From positions 35,328,423 through 35,349,218 of the forward strand of contig JANKJI020000004.1 in assembly GCA_024626585.2 (NCBI GenBank): DNA of 20,796 nt, given 5' to 3'. The position numbers and the translations under genes are program-made. Below, piece after piece: positions 1-11,871 of this stretch (the stretch's first letter is position 1; the number at the start of each line of letters is the position of its first letter). The notes below the pieces were generated by a model. The model did not search any database. It was given only the letters and a program-made list of their open reading frames with translations, and was not told the origin of the DNA. This DNA is from Ginkgo biloba. Its lineage: Eukaryota > Plantae > Ginkgophyta.

Positions 1-243
1 ATGAAGGTTTAAACGTCTCATTGTACAATTCAAGTTTGCTGATATGTTATGAAAGGATGGGTTATTGAACAACAAATCGAAATAAGGCAAGCATAAGTCT
101 TATGATATCTTTAGATATGTTAAAGGAGAAAATCATGATATTTGATAGAAAAAAAGATTCAAGCAAAATGCAAAGGTGAAGAGACACTAGATGCCATAGA
201 CTTTGAGACTCTAAAAACTAATTCCCTGATTTTTTCTCTTTAA
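1..243 (+). pseudogene. Possible remnant of Ty3/Gypsy integrase C-terminus plus chromodomain
   Basis: Manual translation gives (H)EGLNVSL (resembles HxVFHVSxL), then EKIM..., then KIQAKCKGEETLDAI-DFETLKT[frameshift]FPDF (resembles VKWKG...DATWE...L...FPDF). Very degenerate. Confidence 0.3.
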
Positions 244-1788
244 TTAACTTAACTCTCTTGATTATCATAATTCTCTCCATGAGAATGAATTGATTACATT
301 GTTTTATGGCAAATCCTATTCTATTAACAGGAATTAGAAAACCCCAATCCTAAATGAGAAATGGACGGTGATTAACGAGTGTGAATAAAATAACCAATTA
401 AAAAGAGTATAATAAGGAATAAAATCCTACTCTAATAATTAGTTACTCACAATAATAGATATTTATTAATTAAGTGCATCATTGACCTTAGTTATGTAAA
501 TTTACATAAAGTAAGTGAGTAATAATTAAATTATTGATATGGGGTGTAGACAAATATACAAAGCTAAATGCATGACATGTTAGTTCCTCTTTGCTTAAAG
601 CGTAATGGTCCCTATCACAACTAGAAGAGATGATATGAACCCTTCTCTTGCGCATCGAACAAAAGCAATAGTGATGACGACAAAGTCTTTGGATGATAAT
701 TCATTAGAGATAGTAACTCTTACAACATAAGAAATAAAATTGTTATTGAGGAGGGAACCTCACCTAATACATATCCTCCAAATGAGAAAGCCCTATGTTG
801 AAGGATTATTAGAAGTAATATCCAATAGAGGGATCCATAGAGAAGGAAAGTCCCTTATTTTGTTACTGAAATATAGTCTCCAAAGCTACTGAAGTCTGAA
901 GACTTGATATATGAATACCACAAGGAGTAATGAAATCCTTAATACCTTCTTTCAATACTTGTGGAAGATTTATTGAGATAGTAGTAGAATCCTCCCTAAT
1001 AGTTTTGATGGAATTTTCAAGATCCATCTGTTTAAAGCCTTATTTCTCCACTTGTGGAGAGTTGCCTAAAACTTCTATAATTCTATTTGATCCTTCACTT
1101 GTGTGATGTATAGTATCAATCATAATTGTTTCCTCCTCTGCAAGAGCTTTTAGATAAGTTTGTATTTCTTCTTTGAATGAGTAATTTGTTGTTTCCATAA
1201 TAGGGATTGCATAGGCATGTAATGGCATTATCTTGTATGAAGGTTTGTTCATTGAAATTTTCTCATCCTAGGTTAAAGGAGTTTCNNNNNNNNNNNNNNN
1301 NNNNNNNNNNNNNNNNNNNNNNNNNNNNNNNNNNNNNNNNNNNNNNNNNNNNNNNNNNNNNNNNNNNNNNNNNNNNNNNNNNNNNAACAAGAGCTCCATA
1401 TTATTCAAAGTGTGCAAAATACAAAGATGTCACAAAAGGTTGTGAGAAAAAAGTAATTGTGTGAGAATACAAAGGCTAAAGTTATTTTATGGGAGAGGCC
1501 TTAGACAAATTTAACATATGTTCTAAAAGAAAACGTGCCATGCATGTACCTACTAACCTTGGTAACCACAGAAATAAAGGTAATACAATAAGAGGCATGC
1601 ATAGGAATAGAAACATGCCTGTGCACAAATACTACCTAAAATTAGCCAAAGCTAATAAAAGAAAGAGAAGTGTTAGTGAGAGAAAAATCATTATAGTAAA
1701 AACTCTCAAATAGATTCTTCATGGTCATAGACTTCTGAGCAAGCTTAGACCCTATAAAACTATATGTTAGCTCCCTCTTACTGGATGG

Positions 1789-2340
1789 CACATCAGAATT
1801 AACATTGATCGGTGGCTATGCCTTAACCCATTTGATAAAAAAGTTTGTAGTAGTGAATATGCATGTGTGTTGACCATTAGACAATGATAAATTAGTTCAC
1901 ACAAAATCTAGTGCCCAATTTACGAATGGACGCTTAGGTAATACATGGTTGAGTGGAAAATAAGCATTTCAGAGCTTCTCACTCGCACTCTAATACTTAT
2001 CACAACTATGAATATATGTGTAATTGTCCTTGAACAAAGTGGTCTAATAATATCTCACTCTTAGTATTTTATGAATACTAGTTTCATTAGAGAAATTCCC
2101 ATCACAAATGCTAATGTGGATTCTTTAGGATGCAAAGCATCTCAGTGTTGAAAACACACATTAACAACAAATGAATTGTGGTACATCTATAAAGGGTGTC
2201 TCCTAGAATGATGCATTGAAAATATTAAATGTGAATGCCCATTTTTTATTTAGGGGATATATTAGGGGAAAAGGACTGGTCCTACAAATAGTGGACGATG
2301 TGATCATATACTTTTAGATTCTATTTAACACACATGATAT
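1789..2340 (-). pseudogene. Integrase remnant (HHCC zinc-binding region and start of rve core) of element A
   Basis: Minus-strand translation: YDHIVHYL...ILGDTLYR...HISICDGNF...HKILRVRYY*TTLFKD...SCDKY*...PKRPFVNWALDFV...HTCIFTTTNFFIKWVKA*P. Similarity stops abruptly near 1790. Confidence 0.9.
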
Positions 2341-2439
2341 GCTCATCGAGAAAGGAATTGTCCAACAAAGTTAAACATTCTAGATCAATTAGATTTTCTC
2401 TAAATGTTCAGTTAGTCTTCACCCTTTGGTGATGGTTAT

Positions 2440-2775
2440 AAGAGATGTCTCCAATTCAAACACCTCTAGAATCATAGCTCATTTACCAATCTTCCCACTC
2501 AAATTGGGTTGAGATAAAAGTATTTAAGCGAGGTGAGAGGAACTTGACCGATGATATGTCTCCCCAAGAGGTAATGTATGATTTTTTTAAGTGCATAAAC
2601 TCGTGCAAAGCATTGCCTCTCTATCTCATTGTAATTTAGATGATAATCAACTAATGTCTCACTAGCTAAGTATATGGACTTTTCAACCTTGTTATCATCC
2701 TCCTGCATCAATATCACACTTATGGCAACTAACGACACAATGGCATCAATTATAAAATCTCTATGAAAATTTGGA
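2440..2775 (-). pseudogene. Retrotransposon-type RNase H remnant of element A
   Basis: ORF 2499..2738: VAISVILMQEDDNKVEKSIYLASETLVDYHLNYNEIERQCFARVYALKKIIHYLLG, followed by GKIGK*AMILEVFEL. Confidence 0.9.
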
Positions 2776-2959
2776 GGAACAAGAACAAGTGATGGAGTGA
2801 GACCCTTTTTTACCTTACAAAAGATGCCTTTAGCTTCTCACATCAAAACAAATGAAGCANNNNNNNNNNNNNNNNNNNNNNNNNNNNNNNNNNNNNNNNN
2901 NNNNNNNNNNNNNNNNNNNNNNNNNNNNNNNNNNNNNNNNNNNNNNNNNNNNNNNNNNN

Positions 2960-3870
2960 GCATTGCCCTTAAGGAGGTAATTAATAGAATTGACCAATTC
3001 AACATATCCTTATATAAAACAAGCAATACAATTATTTTTTCTAAAAAAGGATTGTGACTCCTTTTTGCTTCGTGGCAATGGAAATTTTGAGATTACCTCT
3101 ACCTTTTCTAGGTCAACCTTCAGTTCCTTAGGATAGATGATGAAACTTAATAGTTGACCTTCCTTAGTAGCAAAGATACACATTTTAGGGTTTAGAGATA
3201 AACCATATCAATAATATATCTAAAACATTGACCTTTAATGATCAAAATGATTAGATCTTGTTTTAAAATGGACAATGAGATCATCAAAATAAATTTCAAT
3301 GATTAAGATAATAAGATTACAAAAGGTGGTAGTCATCACCCTTTGAAAGTTGCACCAAAATTAATGACATTGAAGGGAATTACATTATACGTGAATGTGC
3401 TCCAAGGTGTAGTGAATATGGTCTTCAATTTATTGTGAATATGGATCTTTATCTGATTGCAACCTAAAGAACCATCCAACAGGGAAATAACTATCAACCT
3501 AGAAACTTGGTCGATGATATCTTGAATGTGAGGGACAAGAAAGATGTCCTTCTACGTGGTTTTACTAAAATTAAAGAAATTGACATAGATTCAAATCTCA
3601 TAATTCTTTTTTTGGATTGGGATAATGTTTGAGACCAAAGTGGAGTAATTTATTGTAAAGATAATCTTAACATCAATCATATTCTATATCCCTTTCTTTA
3701 TGACTGTGCTAATGGTTGAATTAATCATTCTCTATTGATGTTTTAAAGATTTGGCTATGGGGCATAAAGGGATATGGTGTGAGGTAATATTAGTGTCAAA
3801 TCCCTTCAATTCTTTATATGACTAGCCAAAATAGTCTTGGTATTTCATGAATAGCTCCCAAAGTTGAACT
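2960..3870 (-). pseudogene. Reverse transcriptase remnant of element A
   Basis: SYKELKGFD..., VSNIIPIQKKN, KDIFLVPHIQDIIDQV, SLLDGSLGCNQIKI, KTIFTTPWSTFTYNVIPF, YFDD at 3280-3291, SLNPKMCIF. Confidence 0.95.
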
Positions 3871-4255
3871 TGTTGTAAGGTTGAACAATAAAATCTTATC
3901 AATAAATGTTAGGGATCGTATTCAATTCTAATATTCAAAGACATAGTGTCCTTGATTTTCTAATGGAAGGTTCCTCTTAGAGATTTAGATGATATGGAAT
4001 GTTTTCAATGGTAAGCATTGATTCTAACACCCAAAAATCCTAAGGAATTTTATTTGAATGAAAATCTATAGATGATTCATATTGGTCAAAATGGTAACAT
4101 GAGTCAGATTCCTTAGTTTTCCCTTTGAGGAAGCAATAAATTTCTTTGTCATTATTAAATACCAACTAATGTTCCTTATTATGAATAATAGATGGTTGGT
4201 ATCAAACTTGGATAGGATAAGACTTACTAAAAACCCTAAGATCATATCAAAAAAG

Positions 4256-4636
4256 GGATGCTAACACTGCTAAGTTATCTGCCTCGATATTTTAATCACA
4301 TGGAATGAATGTTATATCAAAGTCATTAAAATGTTTGATAAGAATTTTAACCACTTCTTGATATTGGTGAAGTAATACATTATTTATTTGATAAGTCTTC
4401 TTTGTCTGAAGAATGATTAGTTTGCTATCACCAAATACATGCAACTTTGTCAATTTTAGTTCTTAAGCCTTGTTTAGACTAGCAATCAAGGCTTCATATT
4501 TAACCACATGATTAATGCAACTGAATTCTAATGTATTGCTAAAAAATAATGCAAGACTAGATTCATTTCATTAGATAAAGCTTAGGCTAACTCCACTTTG
4601 ATTATGAGTGCCATTGAAAGTCATCTCCCAAATGTC
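4256..4636 (-). pseudogene. Additional archaeal/cellular-type RNase HI (aRH, RVT_3-like) of element A, between protease and RT
   Basis: WEMTFNG...LEFSCINHVVKYEALIASLNKA*ELKLTKLHVFGDSKLIILQ...YQEVVKILIKHF...FIPCD*NIEADNLAVLAS matches the aRH pattern W.M.FDG / TNN.AEYEAL / GDS.L / IPR..N..AD.LA. Confidence 0.9.
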
Positions 4637-4949
4637 ACTTCTAGCTTCTTGATTGATTTCAAGGGTTGATGACTTGATTTGAAGTTGCTCAAAAATACCA
4701 TATGTGCCCAAATCATAATATTANNNNNNNNNNNNNNNNNNNNNNNNNNNNNNNNNNNNNNNNNNNNNNNNNNNNNNNNNNNNNNNNNNNNNNNNNNNNN
4801 NNNNNNNNNNNNNNNNNNNNNNNCAAAATCTGAAAGAAGGGGAGGATCATCATTGAATTCTTAGGTAGTTTCATTCTTGATGAAATTGAAGGAATTGGGC
4901 TTATGGGCCTCTTCTTGGATTGTTTCAGTAGGTCCAAAATAAGGCAAAA

Positions 4950-5285
4950 TAAGAATATTCCTATGCATACTTATGTCGACTTTGCAATCGTCTATCCAAG
5001 GATCACCTAAGAGGATTTTGTAAGAGGTCGCAGCATCAATAACGATGAAAATGAGAAGAACACATAGATTAGGATGTTTGATAGAGACACAAACATCCTT
5101 AATTTGTCCTAACGGTTTGATGTTGTAATTGTCGAACCCCTTAAGGTTATCGTGGTAGGGCCTAGTCATTTTTGAGGCCTAACCTCTCCATGATAGATAA
5201 GGACATAATATTGTGGGTAATGTCAACTAAGCATTTGTTTAGCTTGACATCGTTAATGCAGACTGAAAGATAGAAGGGGTTTTTT
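4950..5285 (-). pseudogene. Aspartic protease remnant of element A
   Basis: NPFYLSVCINDVKLNKCLVD-ITHNIMSLSIMERLGL[frameshift]...LKGFD...KPLGQIKDV...IVIDAATSYKILLGDPWI. The catalytic DSG motif is partly deleted. Confidence 0.8.
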
Positions 5286-5794
5286 CCCTTTGTGATTGCA
5301 TTAATGGTAGATGTATCAGGGGTTTAGGGAGAATTTTTGCTCAGACTCTAGAGTCTTGAGCAGATTGTCCTTCTTCTAAGGAAGTCCTTAGTGTGTCTAA
5401 AGGGACTACCCATATTAGTTGGAATTATTGTAGATCCTTGACAATGTTATAGGATTGTTGTGGTTGACGTGAAGAGCTAGACATAGTGCCCTGTTGGGCC
5501 TCAACTGTGGTGATGGTTGTGGTTTAATAGTTGAATGGGAGACAACATGTGGTTTCTCTTTACTTCCCTTCGCGAGGGGGAAGAGGTAGAAGTCTGCACA
5601 TTCTTATGTTGTGATCTAGTTTGTACAATGTAATCTATGTTGTTGTCATTATCACTAAGATATTGTATTCCTCCTTCCAATGAAGCCTCATCTACGGCAA
5701 AGGGTTTTGTAAAGAACCTGATTTGTTGTTTAAGTGTCTGTGCAGGAAATGCTTATCCAGTGATCCTCTCAAACTATTTTCGAGAATGCAAATA

Positions 5795-6615
5795 ACACTT
5801 AGTCTTTTCGGTCATGTGTAGGAGTGGGACACAAGTTGCACCACATCCTCAAGTGGCGATTTGTTGAATTTTGTATAGGCACTTCAAAGTGAGTAGAAGT
5901 AGTGAGTGTTTTCTTCGATGTGGATGCTACCTAGTTTAAGGAATGTGTGAGGAGTTAGACAAGTAGAGACGAGAGGAATCCACCATCCTTATTTTCATTA
6001 AAATAATCTCATTCTATAATTACTATAGTAGATTAGTTAATTGAGACTCAAGAGTGGATGTTTCACTTAGAGTCATAGGGAGCACTAGACCTGTTTTAGT
6101 CAAAACATGTCTATGAAAATTTCCACTTTTTTATAGATTATCTTTGTAGTGAAAACAAGCACTAATGCCATATTATAGGGTATTCTTGAGTGCTTCTTCG
6201 ATTCTAAATTTGTAATCTAGTGGGAGGTCATTATAGTAATACCCCCGATAGGTGGTGTCATTCTAAGAATAAGAAGNNNNNNNNNNNNNNNNNNNNNNNN
6301 NNNNATGTACTTGATATATTTCCTAATAAGTTATGAAATATTAATAAATAACTTTAAGGCTTATGTGATGTCAATATCGATAGTGAACTACCTGATTAAA
6401 GCATTACTTAGCTCATCCCACGAGGAGATTGACTAGGGGACTAATGAGTGATCCATTTAATGGCATTGACTATGAGGTCTATTAGAATAGTCACATAAAA
6501 AATTTCTTTATAGAGACACCTAAAGTGACACATGATTGTAAATATGCCTAGATGTGGTCATTGGGGTTGCAATCTACCTTACCCAAATATTTGGACAAGG
6601 GGATGTTTATCATTA
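5795..6615 (-). pseudogene. Gag remnant of element A (capsid-like domain plus CCHC knuckle)
   Basis: LSKYLGKVDCNPNDHI*AYLQSC...NAIKWI...SWDEL at ~6300-6610. WCNLCPTPTHDRKD* (Cx2Cx4Hx4C, last Cys lost) at ~5800-5843. Confidence 0.75.
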
Positions 6616-8699
6616 GAAGTGGCACTTGTTAGTATTTAAGGCACAATGGGTTTGGGACAAGCCATAGGGATGCCATGTGTGAGCAAATATTTCAAATAAT
6701 TTGATTATGTAGTTGAATGTGTTTGGTTCAAGGCCTTGAACTCACCTAGAGTGCCTAGGTGGATTGACTAAATGGGCAAATGAGGACGCGTTTGACATGT
6801 AATAATTATGGGGAGATCAAGTTACTCTCTAGTATGGTTGTTAATAAACATTGATGGGATTAAATCTTAATCAACATCCACACAAATACTTGGAACATTT
6901 GGCTATAAGCTCTTATGTGATTAATTTGNNNNNNNNNNNNNNNNNNNNNNNNNNNNNNNNNNNNNNNNNNNNNNNNNNNNNNNNNNNNNNNNNNNNNNNN
7001 NNNNNNNNNNNNNNNNNNNNNNNNNNNNATGAACCATTTTTAGTTATGAAAATAAAATAGAAAATAATGTAAATATTGTACATATAGAAAATTTTGATCT
7101 CCATTAAAAAAACATCAACAATCTAGGTATGAAAATATTTCAATATTTATTTATTATTTAATACATGCATTGAACGTATAGAATAGGTTACAAATGGTCT
7201 AGTAAAGGAGACATTCCCTAGACAAAAGCACGCTATAATCAAAGAAGATATTGATGATGCAAATAAAAGAATCACTCTTGTGATAATTAGAGCATCTAAG
7301 GANNNNNNNNNNNNNNNNNNNNNNNNNNNNNNNNNNNNNNNNNNNNNNNNNNNNNNNNNNNNNNNNNNNNNNNNNNNATGACTTTCTCCTCATTCATATC
7401 TTCATTTTCTCTCATCCCCAACATCCCGTCTTAGTTATGGATTTGGAGTAGATGACGTTTGCAAGTTGATTCATGAATAATCATATTCAGGCAATTGGAG
7501 GGTCATATCTAAAGTTGGATTTCCATGCCTAAAATTCATCTTCACTAGAAACATGACATTGATATCCCTCCTCCACCAATATTTCCAATACCTCCCATTC
7601 CATTACATACTCACATCCTACAACAAGGAGCACCCAATCGTTCATAAAAAATAATGAAGAAAGGAAATATTTCTCACCAAGGCCGTGTTATTCCACCATC
7701 CTTTTTATTCTCAACCCACATAGCATCAATGTTCATATTCCCCATATTCTTTATGACCAAATCACATCTCATTCTCATCCTATTTTATCCTAAGTTCATT
7801 TTCTTTTATAGAAAATATCTTTGAGTTCTTAAAGTTCTTGCATATATGAGAGGTTCAATCAAGCAATTACTTTAAAGTAGTGCATGTTAAAAATAGGGTA
7901 GGAATCCATGATGAAGATCACTAAAATTAGTTATTTTTAGTTCAAGATTATGGTAAGAGAATGTGGATAATAAATATACAAGCATGAAAAATTAAATTAT
8001 GCATAAATTTCCATTATTGAGACAATTAAGGATTTCATTTCATATTTATGGTCACATAAAGAATCAAATAAAATCAACATGTAATGTCACTTCAATTTAG
8101 TGCAAAAAAGGCACCTGCTCAGAGTAATTAAATTTCCATTAATGGATGAACATAAAACACTACAGACAACAGATATAATTGAAAATATCACATCAAAAAA
8201 ATAAATAAATATTATTAATATAACATGACTGACTCATATGCTATGCATCATCATTAAATTGTGCTCATGGGTTGATCCTCACACCCACTACCAATAACAT
8301 TTTCCAAACTTTAGAAAAAAATATTTCATAAAATAATATTCCCTTCAATTCTATCTTGTATTCCTGTGTATTTTTTTTAAAGATTCTAAATTCAAATTTA
8401 TAATATTCTATTAAGGATTATTCCCTATAATATATTACAAAATACGCCACATACATTTATCCAACCCTTATTTTAAACTACATTTTCTAATAAATTTAGA
8501 TTTGTTGGTGATTTGGATTATAGTGGTATTGTCATATGCCCTATAACTTTTAATCTTTTTATTTTCTTTATCTTTAATCTATGATTAGGATTTATAAAAT
8601 ATTGCAAAAATTAAATATAATTGTTCACATCTTCAAACTGAGCATTTACATTCTTTGAAAGTTTCAAATTTTTTTCCAAATAACTCTCATTTTGAGATG

Positions 8700-10100
8700 G
8701 AGTTATTATGATCTTCAACACATCATCGACCGAAATATCTTCAATTTAAACTAATTTTTAGTTTTCTTCTTCTTCTTTCACTTGGTCTTTCAATGCTTTC
8801 TTTCTAGCTATTTTTTCAGATGGGTTTGGAGCCTTAAGAATAACCTTACTAGTAACTACTTGACTACATTTGCTCTCAAAATTTTGAATATCTTCAATAT
8901 TATCCATTTTTACGATGGTTTGCAAGTGTTCTTCTTCCTTGATTGCTTGCCTTTGGGATTTCTTGTAATTCTATCCAACTTCTATTGGACATCATCTTTC
9001 TTTTTACTTATTTGGTCCTTTGGCTTGACCAGTACACCAATCAACTTTTGCATCAAACTAGATTTTTCCTCATTGAGACTATTTTCATAATAATTTTTAT
9101 ATTTTATCAAGCCTTTTATTTACTTCCTTCTTCCCTACAACAAACATATGCTTATTTGTCGATAACGTGCAATTTGCTAACTCACTTATAATAACATTTT
9201 TCAAACTTTAGAATTAAACTATAAACCTTTTTCTTGAACTCCCTTAAGAGAATCCATGATTCCCTTCTCTTTTACTTTAATCTTTATTTCTTAGATCTTC
9301 TTNNNNNNNNNNNNNNNNNNNNNNNNNNNNNNNNNNNNNNNNNNNNNNNNNNNNNNNNNNNNNNNNNNNNNNNNNNNNNNNNNNNNNNNNNNNNNNNNNN
9401 NNTGTGTCTCATGCATATGAATATGAAAGTAAAAGGATTACTTAATAATGGATTAATGTTTTTATATCCATCTATTGACCTGCTATTTGTAAAGGAATCT
9501 TATATAAGCATAATTACTTACCAAGGAAAATGCCACTATAACTTTTTGGTTAGCCTCTTATTTAAGGTCATTCATAGAGATTGATTTGTAGATATTATTT
9601 TCTATACAATAATAAATTATGCTTTCATGTCCTAGGATCTCACATTTATTACCTTATCAACTATCAAAGTAATTAGTTTAGTCACCTCAACCATTCAAGT
9701 TTTGATGGTAATCTCTCATAAGACTATCACTGCCTTCTCATTCTTCACCTTAGTCTTGGCTACCACTATCTCCTTTCAGACCTCTTATATGATTGTATTC
9801 GATATTTCATTCAGCACATCCTCTTGTTATTGAGCAACTTATAGTTAGTTCTTATAACCATCAATCTTTCCCTTAATGCATTATACTTTAGCCTTATATT
9901 GATCAAGTTAAGCCATAGTATGAGGGTATAAGTTTATTGGTATCAATGCTAATATAATAGATAATGTTTGAAGGGTATACTGATAGGGTCTCAATTCATC
10001 CAACCCCTTAGTAACAAACAAAGGCATCCTTATAATAGAGAGTTGGACGAGGTCCTAGATATCTCCCTTTAGAAACTCACGGGATTGATTTAGGTTTGTT
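8700..10100 (-). pseudogene. Degenerate K/E-rich, coiled-coil-like reading-frame remnants of unknown family (possibly a retroelement extra ORF)
   Basis: Strong strand asymmetry. Minus-strand peptides such as EKIARKKALKDQVKEEEN and QEDVLNEISNTII*EV*KEIVVAKTKVKNEK, with stops compatible with CAA/CAG/CGA transitions. A 100-N gap lies inside, so the two parts may be unrelated. Confidence 0.3.
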
Positions 10101-10510
10101 GTCTCTTTTATCTTAGGCCAACAAGTCATCCTTAAGATTTATAACTCACTCCATAAGTTTTGTGCTTGACCCTGTGATTAATTCCTTGGTAGATTAAGTA
10201 GTCATCAATCCTTTGTTAATCTCCAAGGGGAAAAAAATTTGAGCCTTGTGCTTCTCCTTAATATTTTATAATGTTGGAATTTGTGTAGAGTGACAACGAT
10301 GGGAAGTCACCTAACCAAGATAGAATTAAGANNNNNNNNNNNTATCATAGTTGACACCTTGAGGTTTAGTCATCTCCCTTAAATTGAATCCTAGAGTGTC
10401 ACCCCGGGTGGTATGTCTATTCTATCAAGTCTTAAGATCATGATTATTTTTGGAAAAAGTCCCATTAATTATTTTTTTCATTAATATTTGGTGTATCTAT
10501 TGGGGGCAAC

Positions 10511-10521
10511 GGGTGGGGGAG
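10511..10521 (+). promoter_or_regulatory. Candidate polypurine tract (GGGTGGGGGAG)
   Basis: Purine-rich tract similar to the PPT at 14051-14063. The following bases are TAAAC rather than a clean TG. Confidence 0.35.
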
Positions 10522-10896
10522 TAAACTGGACCATTAATGATTTTAATAAGGATTTATGTATGTTATNNNNNNNNNNNNNNNNNNCCCTCTTAAAGTGTCC
10601 CATAGAGGAATGAGATCTTACTTCATGGAATATATATATCTATGGATCTTATAGGGGTAATCCATGCCCATAAACCTTTTCTTGGGTTTTGAGGGATGAA
10701 TAGAATAATTTGGTCATGAGTTAGTATGGTTTAATTCCTTTTCCTCACACCAATAATATTATTGAGTACATGGCATTGATTAAATATTTTGAGTTTATGG
10801 TTGCAGAAGGAATTTTGAGGTTGNNNNNNNNNNNNNNNNNNNNNATTTTCTCTTGTGTAATTATCTAAACTCATATTGGAGTGTCAAGAATGAATC

Positions 10897-11269
10897 TGTT
10901 GGATGTCTAATGTAATAATATTATAATTTCATTAGATTATTAATGCCACTATATTATATATTATTATATAATGGGTGATTAGGTATGTAGATGGTAGTTA
11001 AGTCGTTGAACCACCTCCTCCACCTATAAATATATGTACATGTTGTGGATCATGATAATAAAGAAGAGAAGGATAATTTCCTATTGATTATACTACTCAA
11101 GGTAGTCTCAGGAATGCCCCTCTTATTACTGAAGTCTCTTGGATTCTCTTGCAGTTATGTGAATCACTCATGGATATTCATTTATATCTACTTTATCTTC
11201 TCATTGTATGATTAACTATAACAACCCTACAATTGTTCTCATATCATGTTAGTCTGAGTCATACCAACA
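10897..11269 (+). repeat. 5' LTR of element B (373 bp)
   Basis: Starts TGTTGG and ends CCAACA (perfect 6-bp terminal inverted repeat). Contains CTATAAATA. Aligns to 14432-14819 at roughly 80-85% by hand count. Confidence 0.9.
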
Positions 11270-11271
11270 TT

Positions 11272-11289
11272 TGGTGCCATTACAGTTGG
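11272..11289 (+). promoter_or_regulatory. Primer-binding site of element B (degenerate, tRNA-Asp-like)
   Basis: TGGTGCCATTAC lies 2 nt after the LTR end. It differs from the plant tRNA-Asp complement TGGCGCCGTTGC by three transitions. Confidence 0.65.
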
Positions 11290-11871
11290 AACAAACTCAA
11301 ACTTGTAGGTGTAAGAAATTTTGGTTAGACAATGAGGTGTATACTTAGATGTGATAGAATTCCTTGGTGGTGTAAATTGGGAATTTTTAGTTGTCAAATA
11401 TGCCAACTCTATCCAAATGTTGTTATCAGTACATTGGTATCTCATTTATTTTGTATTCACATTCATTGGAGGAAGAGCGAAGGATTAAAGGGGTTTTCCA
11501 CTTTGGTGTCATAAAGAATATTATACATCTAGATATCATCATGTCCATATCCATTTATTTCTCTTAGGTCCATAATGATTATATGATGTGCAATAATGGT
11601 CATGTATTGGTTGTTTTTCAACACCTCTTCATCCTTTGGATTACATTCATAAGATTTCGTCTTTTCATTCCATTTATTCTTGTCCTTATTTTATTTTCAT
11701 CATTTTTTTGTGTGGGGAAAATATATTTGGAAATGGAAGAGGATTGCATTATTTATGACAAATATATTTTGNNNNNNNNNNNNNNNNNNNNNNNNNNNNN
11801 NNNNNNNNNNNNNNNNNNNNNNNNNNNNNNNNNNNNNNNNNNNNNNNNNNNNNNNNNNNNNNNNNNNNNNN

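Larger units (their letters stand above)
1789..6928 (-). mobile_element. Element A: decayed Ty3/Gypsy (Tat-type) LTR retrotransposon internal region, GAG-PR-aRH-RT-RH-INT, integrase truncated
   Basis: Colinear minus-strand domain remnants across three N gaps (see sub-features). Many stops and frameshifts. No LTRs identified. Confidence 0.9.

Noticed and set aside
245-552. Possible LTR ending GGGGTGTAGACA after the chromodomain-like remnant
   Set aside because: No PPT, no clear TG start and no second copy in the window.
600-1285. Minus-strand ORF 1040..1252 and its broken continuation
   Set aside because: No recognisable motif. Possibly decayed TE coding sequence, but unassignable.
7552-7647. 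Proline-rich peptide HDIDIPPPPIFPIPPIPLH
   Set aside because: Short and low-complexity, with no upstream open frame or splice support.
8782-9191. Hydrophobic + strand ORFs (102 aa and 82 aa) resembling membrane proteins
   Set aside because: They are the F/L/S-rich antisense shadow of the K/E-rich minus-strand frame, with non-ATG starts and no recognisable family.
10752-10765. Palindrome CAATAATATTATTG
   Set aside because: Short and almost all A/T; plausible by chance at this composition.
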